A program made the translations under genes and the position numbers. From Amoeboaphelidium protococcarum X5 (Eukaryota > Fungi > Aphelidiomycota), in assembly GCA_023515725.1 (NCBI GenBank), contig JALDTO010000162.1:162476-226475 (forward strand): a stretch of 64,000 nt of DNA. Reading direction: 5' to 3'. The notes beneath the pieces were generated by a model. The model did no database searches. It saw nothing but the letters and a program-made list of their open reading frames with translations, and was not told where the DNA came from. This document shows, piece after piece, positions 11,108 through 24,585 of this stretch; the stretch's first letter is position 1; the number at the start of each line of letters is the position of its first letter.

Positions 11108-13375
11108 TCATTTATCACTCTTCTTGCTTGATGATTTCATCTTTAATCCTTTAAACATTGATTTCAAGCCGCCTTTGGAATGCTCTTTTCCCTGAGATGA
11201 CAGGGATGATTTAGATTTTGAGACATCTCCCGAACCACCACTACCTGAATGCAGATTACCAATACTGGATGCAGTGGGAATGTTCACTGGCATCTTTAGC
11301 TACTTCAGATCATCGACGAATTGATCTGGAGTCACAACATGAGTGCTTCCAATGAAGATCTCACGTTTAATCAGATTGGATATCTGGTATATGGCTCTGA
11401 TCTCACTATACGTTACTCCACCGACAATAAACAATATGATCCTGCCACCCTTCTACTTATCGTCAACAGCTTGCTGCTATTGAGGAGATGTTGGCACAGA
11501 GCCACCGGTAGCAGATGCATCTATAGACGGACTCTTCTTATGCCAAGATGGCTTAGTGGTACGTAGTGACGTCGCCTGAGTGGATCCAACTGACATTTAG
11601 CTAGACTAATGCTACGGACCAGATGAATGTGGGCTTAGATGATTATTAGTGCCACCTGTCGCAGCAGCTGCACCCAAATTCTTTGCACCATACGCACCGG
11701 CGAATGTTGGCTCACGAACAAACGGGAAGAATTCCTTCTATAGAGTACCTTCAACTGTACTCTCCACTACAGCTCTTAGTAAGGGCTGATATCTGGATAG
11801 ATCATATGGTAAATCATCGTTCTTCTTGCGATCTTTCTTTTTATTCTGTTACAACAGCAGGGGATTAGTAGGCTTCTTACTGCTAGAATTGGAGCCACCG
11901 AAAAATCCACTACGAGTATTCTAAGGTCGAGATAACTTAACTCCGAGCAGTGATAGATTGATAATGGCATTAATCATCTCTGACGGTATCTGGGCATGAT
12001 CAAAGATTTTACGCCTATCATCATCCTTCAGACCATCTTTGCCAATGACATACAGCATCAACAGACGCACTTTATCATACATTTAAATGCTCGGCTCGTT
12101 CATAACTGTGGTCAATGCAATCTCTACATTCTTCACGGCACCGCCATCTGCAGTCTCTCCGGTGGCTAAATCTTGCTCCACAGCCGCAATCTCCTCAAGT
12201 TTATATCGATTAAACAGAGCCAGACATTCTTAAGCCATGGCCATATGAAGACCAAATTTGGACTTTAGCTCTTGAAATTAAGGTATGGCACTCATCATCT
12301 CTTTCAAATCCTTCAAATTATTAGCTTTTCCACCAGATCCCTTCGCAGCCTTGTTCTCTGACAGAAACTTATTAAACTATCCTACAATAATATCTATACA
12401 CTCGGCAATGTGTGAGTGTCTAATCTGCGCCCACAACTGATCAGCATTCTCATCCAGTAGCACCTCCTTATCTTTTCCATCATCCTACCTGTACTTATAC
12501 CTGGTACCATTATCTGTCAACTGAAGCAAATCATTCGCCATAGCCTGGTACGTAAACTCATGAATAATCGGAGAGGTGACATCAAAACTTCGGTCCAATA
12601 TGATCAATTGAGATCTTCCCTTGCCCAAATAAGCTGGATCTTTACTCGGATACTGATCATCGTCGTCAGCGTATTACTCCAGCTGTTCATACACCAGAGC
12701 TGCGAGTTTAGAAGTGATTCTATCAAATCCAATAGTCTATTGCTGCTGTGGAATGGAAGAGTACCTGATGAAGGGGAATTCATTAAGGGAGATACAGAAC
12801 GAGGCAATCTACTTGGCAATACTGTGAAACTCCTTGTTCTACTACTCATTAGATACCTCGGTGCCGAAGAAGGTTAATAGACTCCATGGACGTTCGCATA
12901 TAAAAACGGCAGACTCGAGTACCAGATAGTCTAGAAAGAGCTCCTTCACAGTCTTAACGTACGGACGCAGAGTGGTGCAAGACTGCAGCTTATGCAGCAG
13001 ACGGTCATCAAGAGCAGAGGTAAAGAATAGATGTGCGGCGGCGTACAAGTGTCCAGTCTTATTATTCTTAGCAGATGGAGTGAAATCCTCAATAATCCTA
13101 TTAACCGACTCCAAGGTGGGAGACACAAAGTATATAGCCTCCATAGAATCATACGGAGCACGACGCTTCTCCAGAGCTTCAATCAATGTAATGTTCTCAT
13201 CAGTAAGTTCACTCTACCGCACCACAGCATTGGTGATCTTTAGAGCAGTTCTGTCCAGAATCATAATCTTCCACTTTGCCTCCTTATTACCACCACCACC
13301 ACCACCCTGACTATTACAAGCCCTCACCATATCATCCAATATAATCTTTCTCACCACCGCCTTGATTCCACTCAT
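11108..13375 (-). CDS. SEC1: Sec1/Munc18 family SM protein, 755 aa
   Basis: [66 protein letters not shown], internal fragments and TGA share one frame. Confidence 0.93.
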
Positions 13376-13804
13376 CTTTATAATAAATTCTGAAACAAAT
13401 TTTGATACAAAAGAAGAATGTCACTTGATACAGATAAAAGAATCAATCTAATAATGAAAATAGTAATACTCCAAGAGTACTTGGTAGAATATAAAATTAA
13501 TAGTGTCAGAAATGACAGTTAATGATAAATGTAGAAGATCAAGAGCAAGAAGAAGAAGAATTTCTCGAAACAGAAAATCGACTATAGTGTACGCCGCACA
13601 GAGTCGTTCGGTATGATGAATACTGCTGACACAGACATACGGTGAATGGGAGGACTCTCTCACGCTAAATTGAATAAACACAATAATCAGGTAGTTTTAA
13701 TTTCGTGTAAACATTTATTCGACTTATCCGCCAAGTATTACAATAACTTATTGTAAGCACTAGATCACTGAGAAACCAATTTGTTGACAGAAGCGCTGAC
13801 AATT

Positions 13805-13832
13805 GAGAGAGAGAGAGAGAGAGGGAGAGAGA
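13805..13832. repeat. (GA)n microsatellite in the SEC1/SERINC divergent intergenic region
   Basis: GAGAGA run of ~28 nt with one interruption. Confidence 0.9.
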
Positions 13833-14074
13833 TTCCGAGTTGATATCGAGCGAGCTTTCCCTTTTCTCTCAATGCATTAATCACATTCATGTAGATTGCC
13901 ATTAATATTACCACGTATACTGAAGGCTTCTCTTATTATACTTCTACATTTAAATAATCAGAAGTGATTTAATTATTTTCAGTGACTGTTGATTTCCTTT
14001 AAAGAATTGATTTCAACTATCCGTCATCATTTTCATTTACAGTAGTGTGGAATTGAATAATCATAATAATTGAA

Positions 14075-15397
14075 ATGTGTCTGGGATTCTTTGGTGGATG
14101 TGCTAGTAGTATTTGTACTAATCTGGCGTGCTGCTTTGCGTCCAAGGCATCTGGCTGCCTCTGTGTACATCTGCGATCATCGTTCATGACTAGATTATAC
14201 TACTCGATCTAGATATTTATCGCCACCATTCTCGCTTGGGCTCTGTACCATTTTGGAGCTAGGATGCCTAATACAATTACGGAGGAGTGTGATGAAGCCT
14301 GCTGGTAGTATCTGGCTGTGATGCGTGTCTCACTGGCCATGGTAATCTATCATTCCATTCTGTGTGTATTAACATTTGGTATTAGATCGGGTGAAGAGGT
14401 GCGCGCCAGTGTTCAGAATGGTTATTGGGGAGTTAAGTTTATATTATGGACTGGACTTATTGTGGCCATGTTCTTTGTACCGGATTCTTCATTCTATAAC
14501 TATCACATGGCTTCGCTGATATTCGCATCTATTTTCATAGTGTTATAATCATTTCTTCTGGTGGATTTTGCATGGTCGTGGGCTCAGAAGTGGATAGAGA
14601 AGTGGGATGAGACGGGTGATGACTGGTACAAGCAGATGCTTATTGGATTCTGTGTCACGTTCTATCTCATATCACTGGTGGGCACTGTACTAATGTTCAT
14701 ATACTATGGTCCACCGAATAAGCCTTAGCCATGTGCACTCAACTCTTATTTCGTAAGTATGAATCTCATACTCATACTGGTGCATTCCATAACATCAGTC
14801 CTACCAAAGATTTAAGAGTACTCACCAAAGAGTGGTCTATTCTAATCATCGATACTGGGTGCTTATACAACATATTTAACAGCTTCAGCTCTGATATCAC
14901 AGCCTAATCAAGCCGACTTTTAATGTAATGCTAATTCTATATTCGATGATGGCAGTAATAACAATGGTGGAGATGCCTCGAATGGTTCCCTCTCCAATCT
15001 AATGACATACACTGGTATCATTGTAACATTTGTCGCTATTGGATATAACGCCTTTGCCAGTGGATCATCTAATGTATTCTAATATGATTCGCTCGAGGAT
15101 GGATAAGACAATATAGTAACAGATGAAGATAATGGTATCCCATAGGATGAGTAGGAGCGTACTGTGTACAGTTACTCATTCTTCCATTTTGTCTTTGTCA
15201 TTGTGGCATTCTATCTGGCCATGGTTATCACGGATTGGTCCATCATGGAATCGGATCTATCCAGTCCGAATGGTGTCAAGATTGTGCATGGATTCGGTGC
15301 AATGTGGGCCAAGATTATCACTAGTTGGGTGTGCTCACTTCTCTATCTGTGGACTCTTATGGCCCCGTTGATATTCCCTGATAGAGATTTTAGTTGA
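14075..15397 (+). CDS. TMS1: Serine incorporator (SERINC/TMS1) membrane protein, 440 aa
   Basis: Cys-rich N-terminus, RASVQNGYWGVKF, QSFLLVDFAWSW, YSYSFFHFVF, WAKIITSWVCSLLYLWTLMAPLIFPDRDFS*. Confidence 0.95.
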
Positions 15398-15524
15398 TTT
15401 TGATTTGTAAAATTACTTTTTATTCAATATAAATACTGCACTAAATTCATGATGATATATTCGATATCTTTATTTCATATCATAACAATAAAGAGAGCTT
15501 TAATATCTCCCGCAGTCAATTCAT

Positions 15525-17975
15525 TCAATATGGTGAAAATGGGCCAGCAGTAAAGAGGACGTTTCTAGGTGTAAATTTCATCTCATGTAGTGGAGTCCTC
15601 TTGGTCTTGCATGTAGATATCATACGGGGCATAGCCACGCCATTAGATAATTACGCTGCAGATTATACCAACTACAACTACTAAAACTGTTGTGAAGGAG
15701 AAAAGGTTCTCTGTAAATCCCACAAAGTCACTGTACCATCAGCAAATCCAACTGCAAGAACATGCGAGTCTGCACTAAAATCTAAGCTATAAACTGACGA
15801 TACAGCTCGCCTCTGGGACTCTGAGACACCATCACCTATATTACTATTTCCAGAGGCATCTTGTTAAGTATTCGCACCGAACGGAATATGGAATAGGACA
15901 CGGGTGGATGCCAGATCCCAGACAACAACACTTCCATCATCTGCACCACTGGCAGCGACTGCGCCATTCGGAGATATTCTTAAAGCAGTAACGGATGCTT
16001 ATCTACTATGACCACCACTGGCAGACTGACTCTAAACACCTGTAGCAGTAGAAGCAGCAGCTGTATTACTACCGCTACCAGTGAATAGTCTCACACAATT
16101 ACTACCGCCCCTGTTGATGTCCCATAATCGCAAAGTTTTATCAGAACTCGATGACAGGACATATGCATTATTAGGATGAAATCTCACCTGGTCGACATCA
16201 GATAAGTGTCCACAGAATATTCGGAGCGGCGCTACTCGTTCCACATTGAATAATCTGCAAGTCTTATCCGCTGAACCGCTGACAAAATACGGCGCGTTAC
16301 TGGAGGCATCCAAACACCAAACTGGATAGTTGTGAGCTTTGTAGCGTACAAGATTGGTCATAGTGTCCAGAGACCAGCCTCTCACCGTGCCATCTTCAGA
16401 ACATGATAACATGAAATCCGAGCCACTAAGGAACGCCATATCATAAACTGGACCAGAATGCCCAATTAGTTTCCGACTCAAATGTCCACCAGCCTCTGCA
16501 CCTACAGACCAGTCCTTGGCATCTTCAAAATCCTAAACATCAAACTCTGTGCTCCCCTTCATAGACTTTAAATGACCAGCGTCACGAGGTCCATTCTATA
16601 AATAATCTCCATACTCACTATACTGCTTTTCTGAATTCACACCATTACTGCGAGTAAGAGAATATAGTTTAATATAAGAATCATAGCTTCCAGTAGCCAA
16701 TACCTTAAAATCTGGAGAGAACCTGCAGCTAGTCACGGTATTACCCGAATTGTGTATGGTATACGTGACGATAGATGGAAGAGCTGCGGCATCTCCACTC
16801 AGCTAGACTCGATTGCGATAATCCTGGAATCTCTGCAACTGCTTCATAACATCGATATTGTTCTTTGGAGGTAGTGGCACCTACTAAAGAGGACAATTCT
16901 CTGACACTTGAGATTAAATGTAATTCTCCAAAGCCACTTTTTAATCACGAAGTTTATAAATCACCGCCTGCTTCACCGTCAATCTTCCATTTTCACCATT
17001 GTCCTCACTCGCACCCTTCTATTATTCACTATAAGAAGTCACCAAGTCATTAGGCACACCAAGACTTACATGTTAACCATTAATTCCATCTTCGAGATCA
17101 ACAGCATGTCCACCGTGAACACTTTTCGACTTATCTCCATTACCGGAATCATTGATAGCAGAGGAGACTCCAACAGACGACGTGGTATAAACTTTTACAT
17201 TCAAGAACCGCATCACCACGGATACAATTTTACTGAGGCCTTCACCAATACAGAATCCGAATAACATTTCCCAGCCCAGCGATGACATGGAGATGGTGTA
17301 TTTGTTATTCAAATACAATTAAGCCACCTCAGAGCTCTTGATTAACTCATTGAGCATCTAAATGTTGACTTGTGCCTACTACTAAGATGATGATTTCACT
17401 TTCCTACCACCATCTTACATCATTAGTTGAGGACTTAAATTCAATAAAGCGCCAATTTACTAAATCTCCTAATTTAAAGACATACTCTAGTCATTCCAAC
17501 TATCCCCATCCATTTGCTCAAAAAACAATTAACATAATCCACGATACAACTCGATGCACTCATCAACACCACCCTTCTTGCAACACTCCAAAAGACAATA
17601 CACATAGAGCGGATATACAATGGCAAACATCTCTTGCTTGTACTAGTCTAAGGATGATGATTCGATGTATTGGACAACTTTCTTCAATTGATCAACATAG
17701 TGCATAATAGAATCACGTCCACTAGTTCCCGATTACGAACCACCAATATCCTGACTGGCAAAGTGCAAAACTGTATTATGCAGAGGATTGCTAGTATCCA
17801 GAAGGGCACTCTCAAACAGAAACTCATCTAAATCTTGTCCATCGGAACCAGTGCCAGTCTTTGAGCTACTTTATTACACTTCTTGCAGAAACTACTGCTC
17901 AGTAAGCCTGTATCCACGCTACTTTAAATACGAGAATATGGCCAAATCTGTAGGATTAGTTATCTACTTTATCAT
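15525..17975 (-). CDS. TAF5: TFIID/SAGA subunit TAF5 (LisH + NTD2 + WD40), 816 aa
   Basis: LAIFSYLKQRGYRLTE (LisH), YPLYVYCL, YLNNKY, LPSIVTYTIHN, LIGHSGPVY, YKAHNYPVW, PLRIFCGHLSDV...FHPN. Confidence 0.93.
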
Positions 17976-18339
17976 TATAAGAACTGACGGACAGCTAATC
18001 AATACACTGAATGAAATATTTAAATTAGAGCACCGGTGATACTATACCACACAACAAATTCACTGAAATCACAATTTTAAGGTCAAAAGCCAATCCCACC
18101 ACGTTCCAAAGCAAAATGACAAAGACACAACGAGAGAAGCCAGCAACTATCGTGAGCGCGAATTGATTAAGAAAGAGAGAACGCGACCGAGTAATGGCTG
18201 AAAGGAGGTAACACGAGGACTCGGGCACTCAGCTGGCCCTTCCCGATATCGCTCATGTTTCAGGAATATTGCATCCCTTATTTCTTGCCACCTATCACTT
18301 TCTTTTGAATTAAGTACCAGACGTTGAATAATTAGAAAT

Positions 18340-18795
18340 ATGAGCGAAATGTAGCGATATATAGAGTAGGCCTAATTAGAGGCTGAAAAGGCCGAAATGC
18401 TAGCAGGAAATGGATAATCCGTTCAAGAAGCCGCGGAATGTTGTCGACGAGCCGCGGAACTGTATTCGAAGGCACTTTCTCTGTGCGATGTTGGTTCTGA
18501 GATTCACAAGACATTGATACTTCTGCAAAAGTCTCACTTGGAAAAGTACAATGAGTTGAAGAACCTTACACTGCAATAATCTAGTCCTAGCACATAAGAG
18601 TCATCCGCTTAAAATTCTTACGCGACTCGAGGAATTCAGATGCCATCATAACTGGAGAAAACAGAAAGGCTGTTCTATACGCGGTACAGGGAAAGTTATC
18701 AGTCCTTCAAACCCAGCGCGGTTGGTTAGAAAATGGAATCTAAACAAACTGATGGTAGTTATAGTATTCTGACTAACTCTATTGTAAATGAATGA
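18340..18795 (+). CDS. Small MIT-domain protein, NRBF2/Atg38-like, 151 aa
   Basis: Not in the ORF track. Reads MSEMQRYIEQAQLEAEKAEMLAGNGQSVQEAAECCRRAAELYSKALSLC...HKTLILLQKSHLEKYNEL, a three-helix MIT pattern; TGA 18793-18795. Confidence 0.6.
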
Positions 18796-18974
18796 TATTG
18801 CTGCTTTTCGTCTTGTAATCAAGTTGAGGTTATATTCGAAAGAAGCCAATGTGTAAAGTTTCTAATAAATGACAACTTGCGATATATTCTCATGACGCGC
18901 CAACGTCATTAAGTACCGAATATTAACTAAATAGCTTGAACCAATCTGATCTAAATCTAATCAATCTAATACTT

Positions 18975-21425
18975 TCATTTCTATTCAACTTTATCCAAGA
19001 TACTCTTTAGTATTCCCGCAACTGCCTTTCCATACTTGATCAGAACGGTAATTTCTTTCTCAAGGTTGGCCAAATCATCGCCACTATCACTGTCTGTACC
19101 TTCTGTGATTCTATAATTATAGTTGGGCAATAGCCAGGTCACCAAATTTTAGTAATTTTTAACAATATGATTTAGCCTCTTTGCATTGGCAACCATCTCA
19201 TCTTGGCTCTTTCGAAATGTCAGCTCCAAAATCTCTCTGCGCATTATTTATAACGCCATAACAGTATTCTTATTATGGCTCAATACGTAGCCAGACGCGG
19301 TTGTGCGCTGATTTAAAATCTTGCGCTATATTTCCTCAGCATCTTTGAACTTTTGGGCAAGCGCGCGTTTTATACTTGCTGCTCTTGAAGGCAATTGAGC
19401 ATTCAATGACTTCAATTGTTGAATCTTCTCTTCATTTAATTCCACCATCTTTGTGCAAATATCTAACGTGCGAATCGATAAGAGCAACTAATTCTCTAGT
19501 TCATACAGCTTTTGAGATAGTTGCGATTCTGCACTAATAAATTCTGCCGACCTTTACGTACGGTAAAGATGAGTCGACAGACGCAGGATTTCACTCAGAT
19601 CAAAATCCTTGAACTGTAGCTCTGACTTCTTGACAATTTTCGCAACTTCATTCATTTTCAACATGAGCACATCCATCTGACGGATGTCCTTTTTTTACTA
19701 GTCATCGGCTTCCTAAGTTGCTTTGTCACTGCTAACAATCTAACTTTTTTTCAAGCTAGTAGGCTAAGATTCAACAACAACAGGCTTCTTCTTACCCTTC
19801 TTACCCTTTTTAAACTAGTTCTTTCCGGTGGTCTATTACGCAGTAAGCTTAGCTTCATCTGTGACCGCACTAAAAGGCTCAGGTGCATCAATAGCTGACT
19901 ATAGTTCAACCAACTACGCGTCTGCTAAATCATCCTTTTCATCTATATCTTCATCGACAGGATCCGAGTCCATTAAAATATCAAATTGATTGGTGACTTC
20001 AATCGGCTTTTTTGATGCCAAAGAATGAATTGGTTATGGAGGAGATTTAAAGTGATTGCCATGCTCAACGCTAAAGTGCATATCATCCGGCAGCTCATCA
20101 TCCACGATTTATTCTTCTTACTCTTCTTCAATTGCGTCCAATTGATTACTCTGAATATGTTCCTGAGACTCACGTATAGATTAACCATTCTACAAAGATG
20201 GCGTCACATATTCTACCTCCGCATCCAACTCATTACTTTGAAGATATTCCGCGCTATCGATAGATTATTATTATTAGTTTTCCAAGAATGAAGGCCTATC
20301 TTCCACCTCTGCATCAAGAAAATCACTAGGAGAATATTGCGTAGGCTATATTGACTACTACTATTAATATTCCAATTGCAACGCGCCTTGGTACGGTGAT
20401 ATCTGCTCCAGAGCATCGTCCACTTCTTACAAGACAGTCTTGACCGCATCCGACTGCTTCTTGACAAGTGCAATGTTCGCCTAACTAGCTTGGCCCTTCT
20501 CTAGATGAGAACGAGGTATGATTTTCGACTTGAGTTCCACCAGCTATTCAGCATAACTACTTAGAGTATCACCACCAGAAGGCAAAGAAACATCGAAATT
20601 CAAGTTGCTATAATCCTTAATCTTCTTCAAAATATCCTCCATTTAATTGAGAATGCACATATTATACTCGCTCATAAATAATGTCTAGCTAGCATATATT
20701 GATAGATACGTGTCCTCTTCCAAAATGAACGAAGACACTACAGTCTCATAAAACTACTTTAAAGAGTTGAGTTGCGCCTCAGTCGAGATATCTTTGCTGT
20801 CCATTAGAGCAACGCTGTTCTCAATAGCGCGTATAATTTAGAGCATTGTAGCCAGCGCCTATTCTAAATATTCAAAGTTGGGTGCTCTTCTGAGACCCTC
20901 ATCAATCACAGCGTTATACTCAGGAAATACGTCAGTGCAAACATCTTTCAGCAACGAGGGAAACACAGATCTAATATCGTCCCAAGTTATATTATCCAAC
21001 AATTCAGCTATAGCTACCAACACATGAAACTAATGATCGATTGCACGCGATAAATCTAGATTAGATAGTGACCATTCAGTAACGTCGACAGGCCTCAAAC
21101 GCGACTTTACCTCATCCAACTTATCAGACAGACCTTCACGAATTTTCTGATTCATTACAGCTCTCTCCATTAGATCAAAGTGCTAAAGATAATCCAAATA
21201 ATTATCGCGATTGATCAAGTCTATCTGCACCGGGGCCACATTACTATGATGAGGTGCTTTGTGAAACTATTCAATAGCATTATTATGCGGAGGGCTTCCG
21301 ACACCAAGATCCGAGGCCCCAATCACCTGTGCACCATAAGAATTAGATGATCGCTATTAAACTGGTCCAGCGCGTACCACTACGATAAGCAGAAGCATAG
21401 CCAAGAGACTTTTCGTCATATTCAT
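18975..21425 (-). CDS. Secreted helical protein, family member A, 816 aa
   Basis: Signal peptide MNMTKSLLAMLLLIVVVRA|GPV, N-terminal helical domain, acidic ~30-aa repeats, Lys-rich patch and C-terminal helical domain (QDEMVANAKRL). Paralogous to the next gene. Confidence 0.8.
20657..21113. repeat. 457-bp near-identical block, copy 1 (copy 2 at 23643-24099)
   Basis: Direct comparison by eye shows only ~3 substitutions; flanking DNA is strongly diverged. Confidence 0.92.
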
Positions 21426-21900
21426 GATAGTCGAATTAGCAATCTTAGTATAGTGCTTGGAAAGAGTGCAGGTGGGGGTACAGATCAACGAAAAATGATC
21501 AAAATTTTTATCGAGATTTTAAGGAGATTTAGCGCGTGATAAAGACTATAATTGATATCTCTCTGTAGCCTGGTGGCATTTAATCAAAACACATCACAAA
21601 GTGTGATGCATTGCCAGAAAGCGATAAAATGAGAACTGGTTACACCAAATTTCAACTCTACCAATATATTCGAACCTACTTTATCATTTAAAAGTAGTCG
21701 CAAGTGTAGAACATTACTCGCTGAGTAAATACTCATACATCACACATTGTGATGGATTTAATAGTCTTGAATCTGTCTAATTTAGAGTACTTACAAAGAG
21801 TACTATTTCGTATTAAGCTACTAAGTAACAGTTAATTTCAGATTTTTTAAGAATTCAACTTTAAAAGTGTCAATAATAAATTTTAGTCTATCTAGAATTT

Positions 21901-24396
21901 TCATTTCTCCCTCAACCCCTACATCAGAGTACTAAAAACACCCTATACAGTCTCGCCATATTTGGTCAATTCCTTGATGTCCTTCTCAAGAGTTTCCAAA
22001 TAAGCACCATGCTAGCTCTTCTTACTTTCTGATAGACTATAATTGTAATCTGGCAATAACCAGGTCACATAAGTTTGATATCTTTAAATCAGAGAATTTA
22101 AAGTTTCGGCATTGGCAGCTAGTTCTTCTTGACTCCTCTTTGACATTAGCTTCTTAATATCATCACGCAGAAACTTTAAGGCGATAAGCACAAACGCATT
22201 GTGGTCAAATACAACATCTGACGCGGTGGCATACTGATTTCGAATCTTACCGGAGACGACACTGGCAGCTTGAATCATTTTGTTAAGAGAACGTTAAGTG
22301 GTGAACACACTAGTGGATAACTGAGCATTCTTCAAATTTTACTTCAGGATTTAGTCCTCGACAGATGCCACAATCTTCATGCCAGAACTGTGAGCATAAG
22401 TAATAAATTTCAGCTCGTGTACTAGGTTGAATAGCTTTTAAGACAGCAGCCATTGAACATCCTTAAACTCTGAGGTCTTTTGTTTTCGATAAAGAAGAGT
22501 CTGCAGATTCTAAATATCACGCCAATCAATACTATTCAAATTGTGTTCTCCTTTCTACACCATTGATGCCACTTCCTCAATCTGTGACATGAGCCCCTTC
22601 ACCTGTTCGGCTTCTCTCAATTTTGAACTAACGATTTCATCAACAGATTTTTCAGTTGTCCGTCTTTGACTTTCCTTCTAGCTGTTGAGCTATGGATTAA
22701 CAGCCGCCTTCTTTTTACCCTTCTTTTTCTTCTTGGGCTACTTCTTACCACTGGTAGATTATGCATCAGACTCTGGAATATCTGTAATCTCGCCAGGAGG
22801 CTCCAATAAGTCACTAGATGGCGATTCTTCAGTAAATTCAACGTTTGTAAAGCCTTCAGTTTCGACAGGATCAGAGTCCACGAGAGTATCAAACCTATTA
22901 GCGACTTGAATTGGCTCCTCTGGTGTCATTGAGAGCGGTGGAAAGGTTGGAGACTCAGCATGAATAAAATCGTTAGCATTGACGTAGAAATCATCCTGCA
23001 AATCAAGATTCGCAACCTCTTCATCCACCTGCTCTATCTCTGCATCGTAAGCATGACTTTGAGGGTACTCTATATCCTCAGTGGACAATTGTTATTAACT
23101 TTGCAAAGATGAGGCCCTCTGTGAAATCTAATCGTCCAAATCATCACTTGTACGATAATCTGAATTTTCAACGGACGACAATTAATCTTGCAGAGGTGAA
23201 GCCATCTATTCTGCTTCTTCATCAAAAGCATCACTCTGAGTATGCCCAATATCCTCTGAGAGCAATTACTACTAGTTTTACAAAGGCGGCGCCATCTGTT
23301 CCTTCTCCGCATTTAAAGAATCACTATGAAAATATGCTGTAGGCTCAATGGACAATAGCAATCGCGACGCGTCTTGCTGCGGCTATATCTGCTCCATAAC
23401 ATCGTCCACCTCTTATAAGACATTCTTCACAGCATCAAACTGCTTTCTAACGAGCAAAATGTTGCTCTGGCTTGCTTGACCCTTTTCTAATTGCGAGCGA
23501 GGTAGTAATTTAGACTTGAGTTTCACCAGTTGCTCAGCATAGCTCGTCAGAGCATCACCATCAGACGGAGCAGGAATATCAAAATTCAATTTACCATAGT
23601 CCTCAATTTTCTCCAAAACATCTTCAATTTAGCCAACAATATACATATTATACTCGCCCATAAATAATGTCTAGCTAGCATATATTGATAGATACGTGTC
23701 CTCTTCCAATATGAACGAAGACACTACAGTCTCATAAAACTACTTTAAAGAGTCGAGTTGCGCCTCAGTCGAGATATCTTTGCTGTCCATTAGAGCAACG
23801 CTGTTCTCAATAGCGCGTATAATTTAGAGCATTGTAGCCAGCGCCTATTCTAAATATTCAAAGTTGGGTGCTCTTCTGAGACCCTCATCAATCACAGCGT
23901 TATACTCAGGAAATACGTCAGTGCAAACATCTTTCAGCAACGAGGGAAACACAGATCTAATATCGTCCCAAGTTATATTATCCAACAATTCAGCTATAGC
24001 TACCAACACATGAAACTAATGATCGATTGCACGCGATAAATCTAGATTAGATAGTGACCATTCAGTAACGTCGACAGGCCTCAAACGCGACTTTACCTCC
24101 GCCAGCTTTTGAGAAAGATCTTCACGGATTTACTAATTCATGGCGGCTCTCTCCTCTAAACTAAACTACTTATTGTATTCTATAAGACTAGCACGGCCTG
24201 TCTAGTCCATCTGCAATGAGGACACCTCAGCGTCACCAAGATAGACATCAGGCTAAGCAATCGCTGTGGATGCACGGCTTTCCATATCAAGCTGCGGAGA
24301 ACCAGTCCCGCTATCAGCATGAGATAAAGTCTACAAGACTGGTACAGCGCGTATTGCTACGGTATAAAAAAACAAAGCCAGAAGAATTTTCATCAT
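21901..24396 (-). CDS. Secreted helical protein, family member B, 831 aa
   Basis: Signal peptide MMKILLALFFYTVAIRA|VPV. Colinear with member A (EDVLEKIEDYGKLNFD vs EDILKKIKDYSNLNFD; QEELAANAETL). Confidence 0.8.
23643..24099. repeat. 457-bp near-identical block, copy 2 (copy 1 at 20657-21113)
   Basis: Same length and orientation as copy 1, inside the paralogous CDS. Confidence 0.92.
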
Positions 24397-24585
24397 TATT
24401 ATTACTACTTGAATTCAGCAATCAATTACGCAAGCTATGAAGCAGTGCTGAGTACAAAGAGGAAGTAAAGATCTGCTAAAAATGATCAAAATTTATCTCA
24501 ATTAAGGGGATACAGATCAAGATAGGGGCAACAAATTTGGCCTAAAGTGTTTAAAAATATTTTTTTAAAAAAATCTATATTTTAT

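Noticed and set aside
18429-18460. Direct repeat AGCCGCGGAA x2 as a regulatory element
   Set aside because: It lies inside the MIT-domain CDS and reflects the repeated peptide (E/R)AAE.
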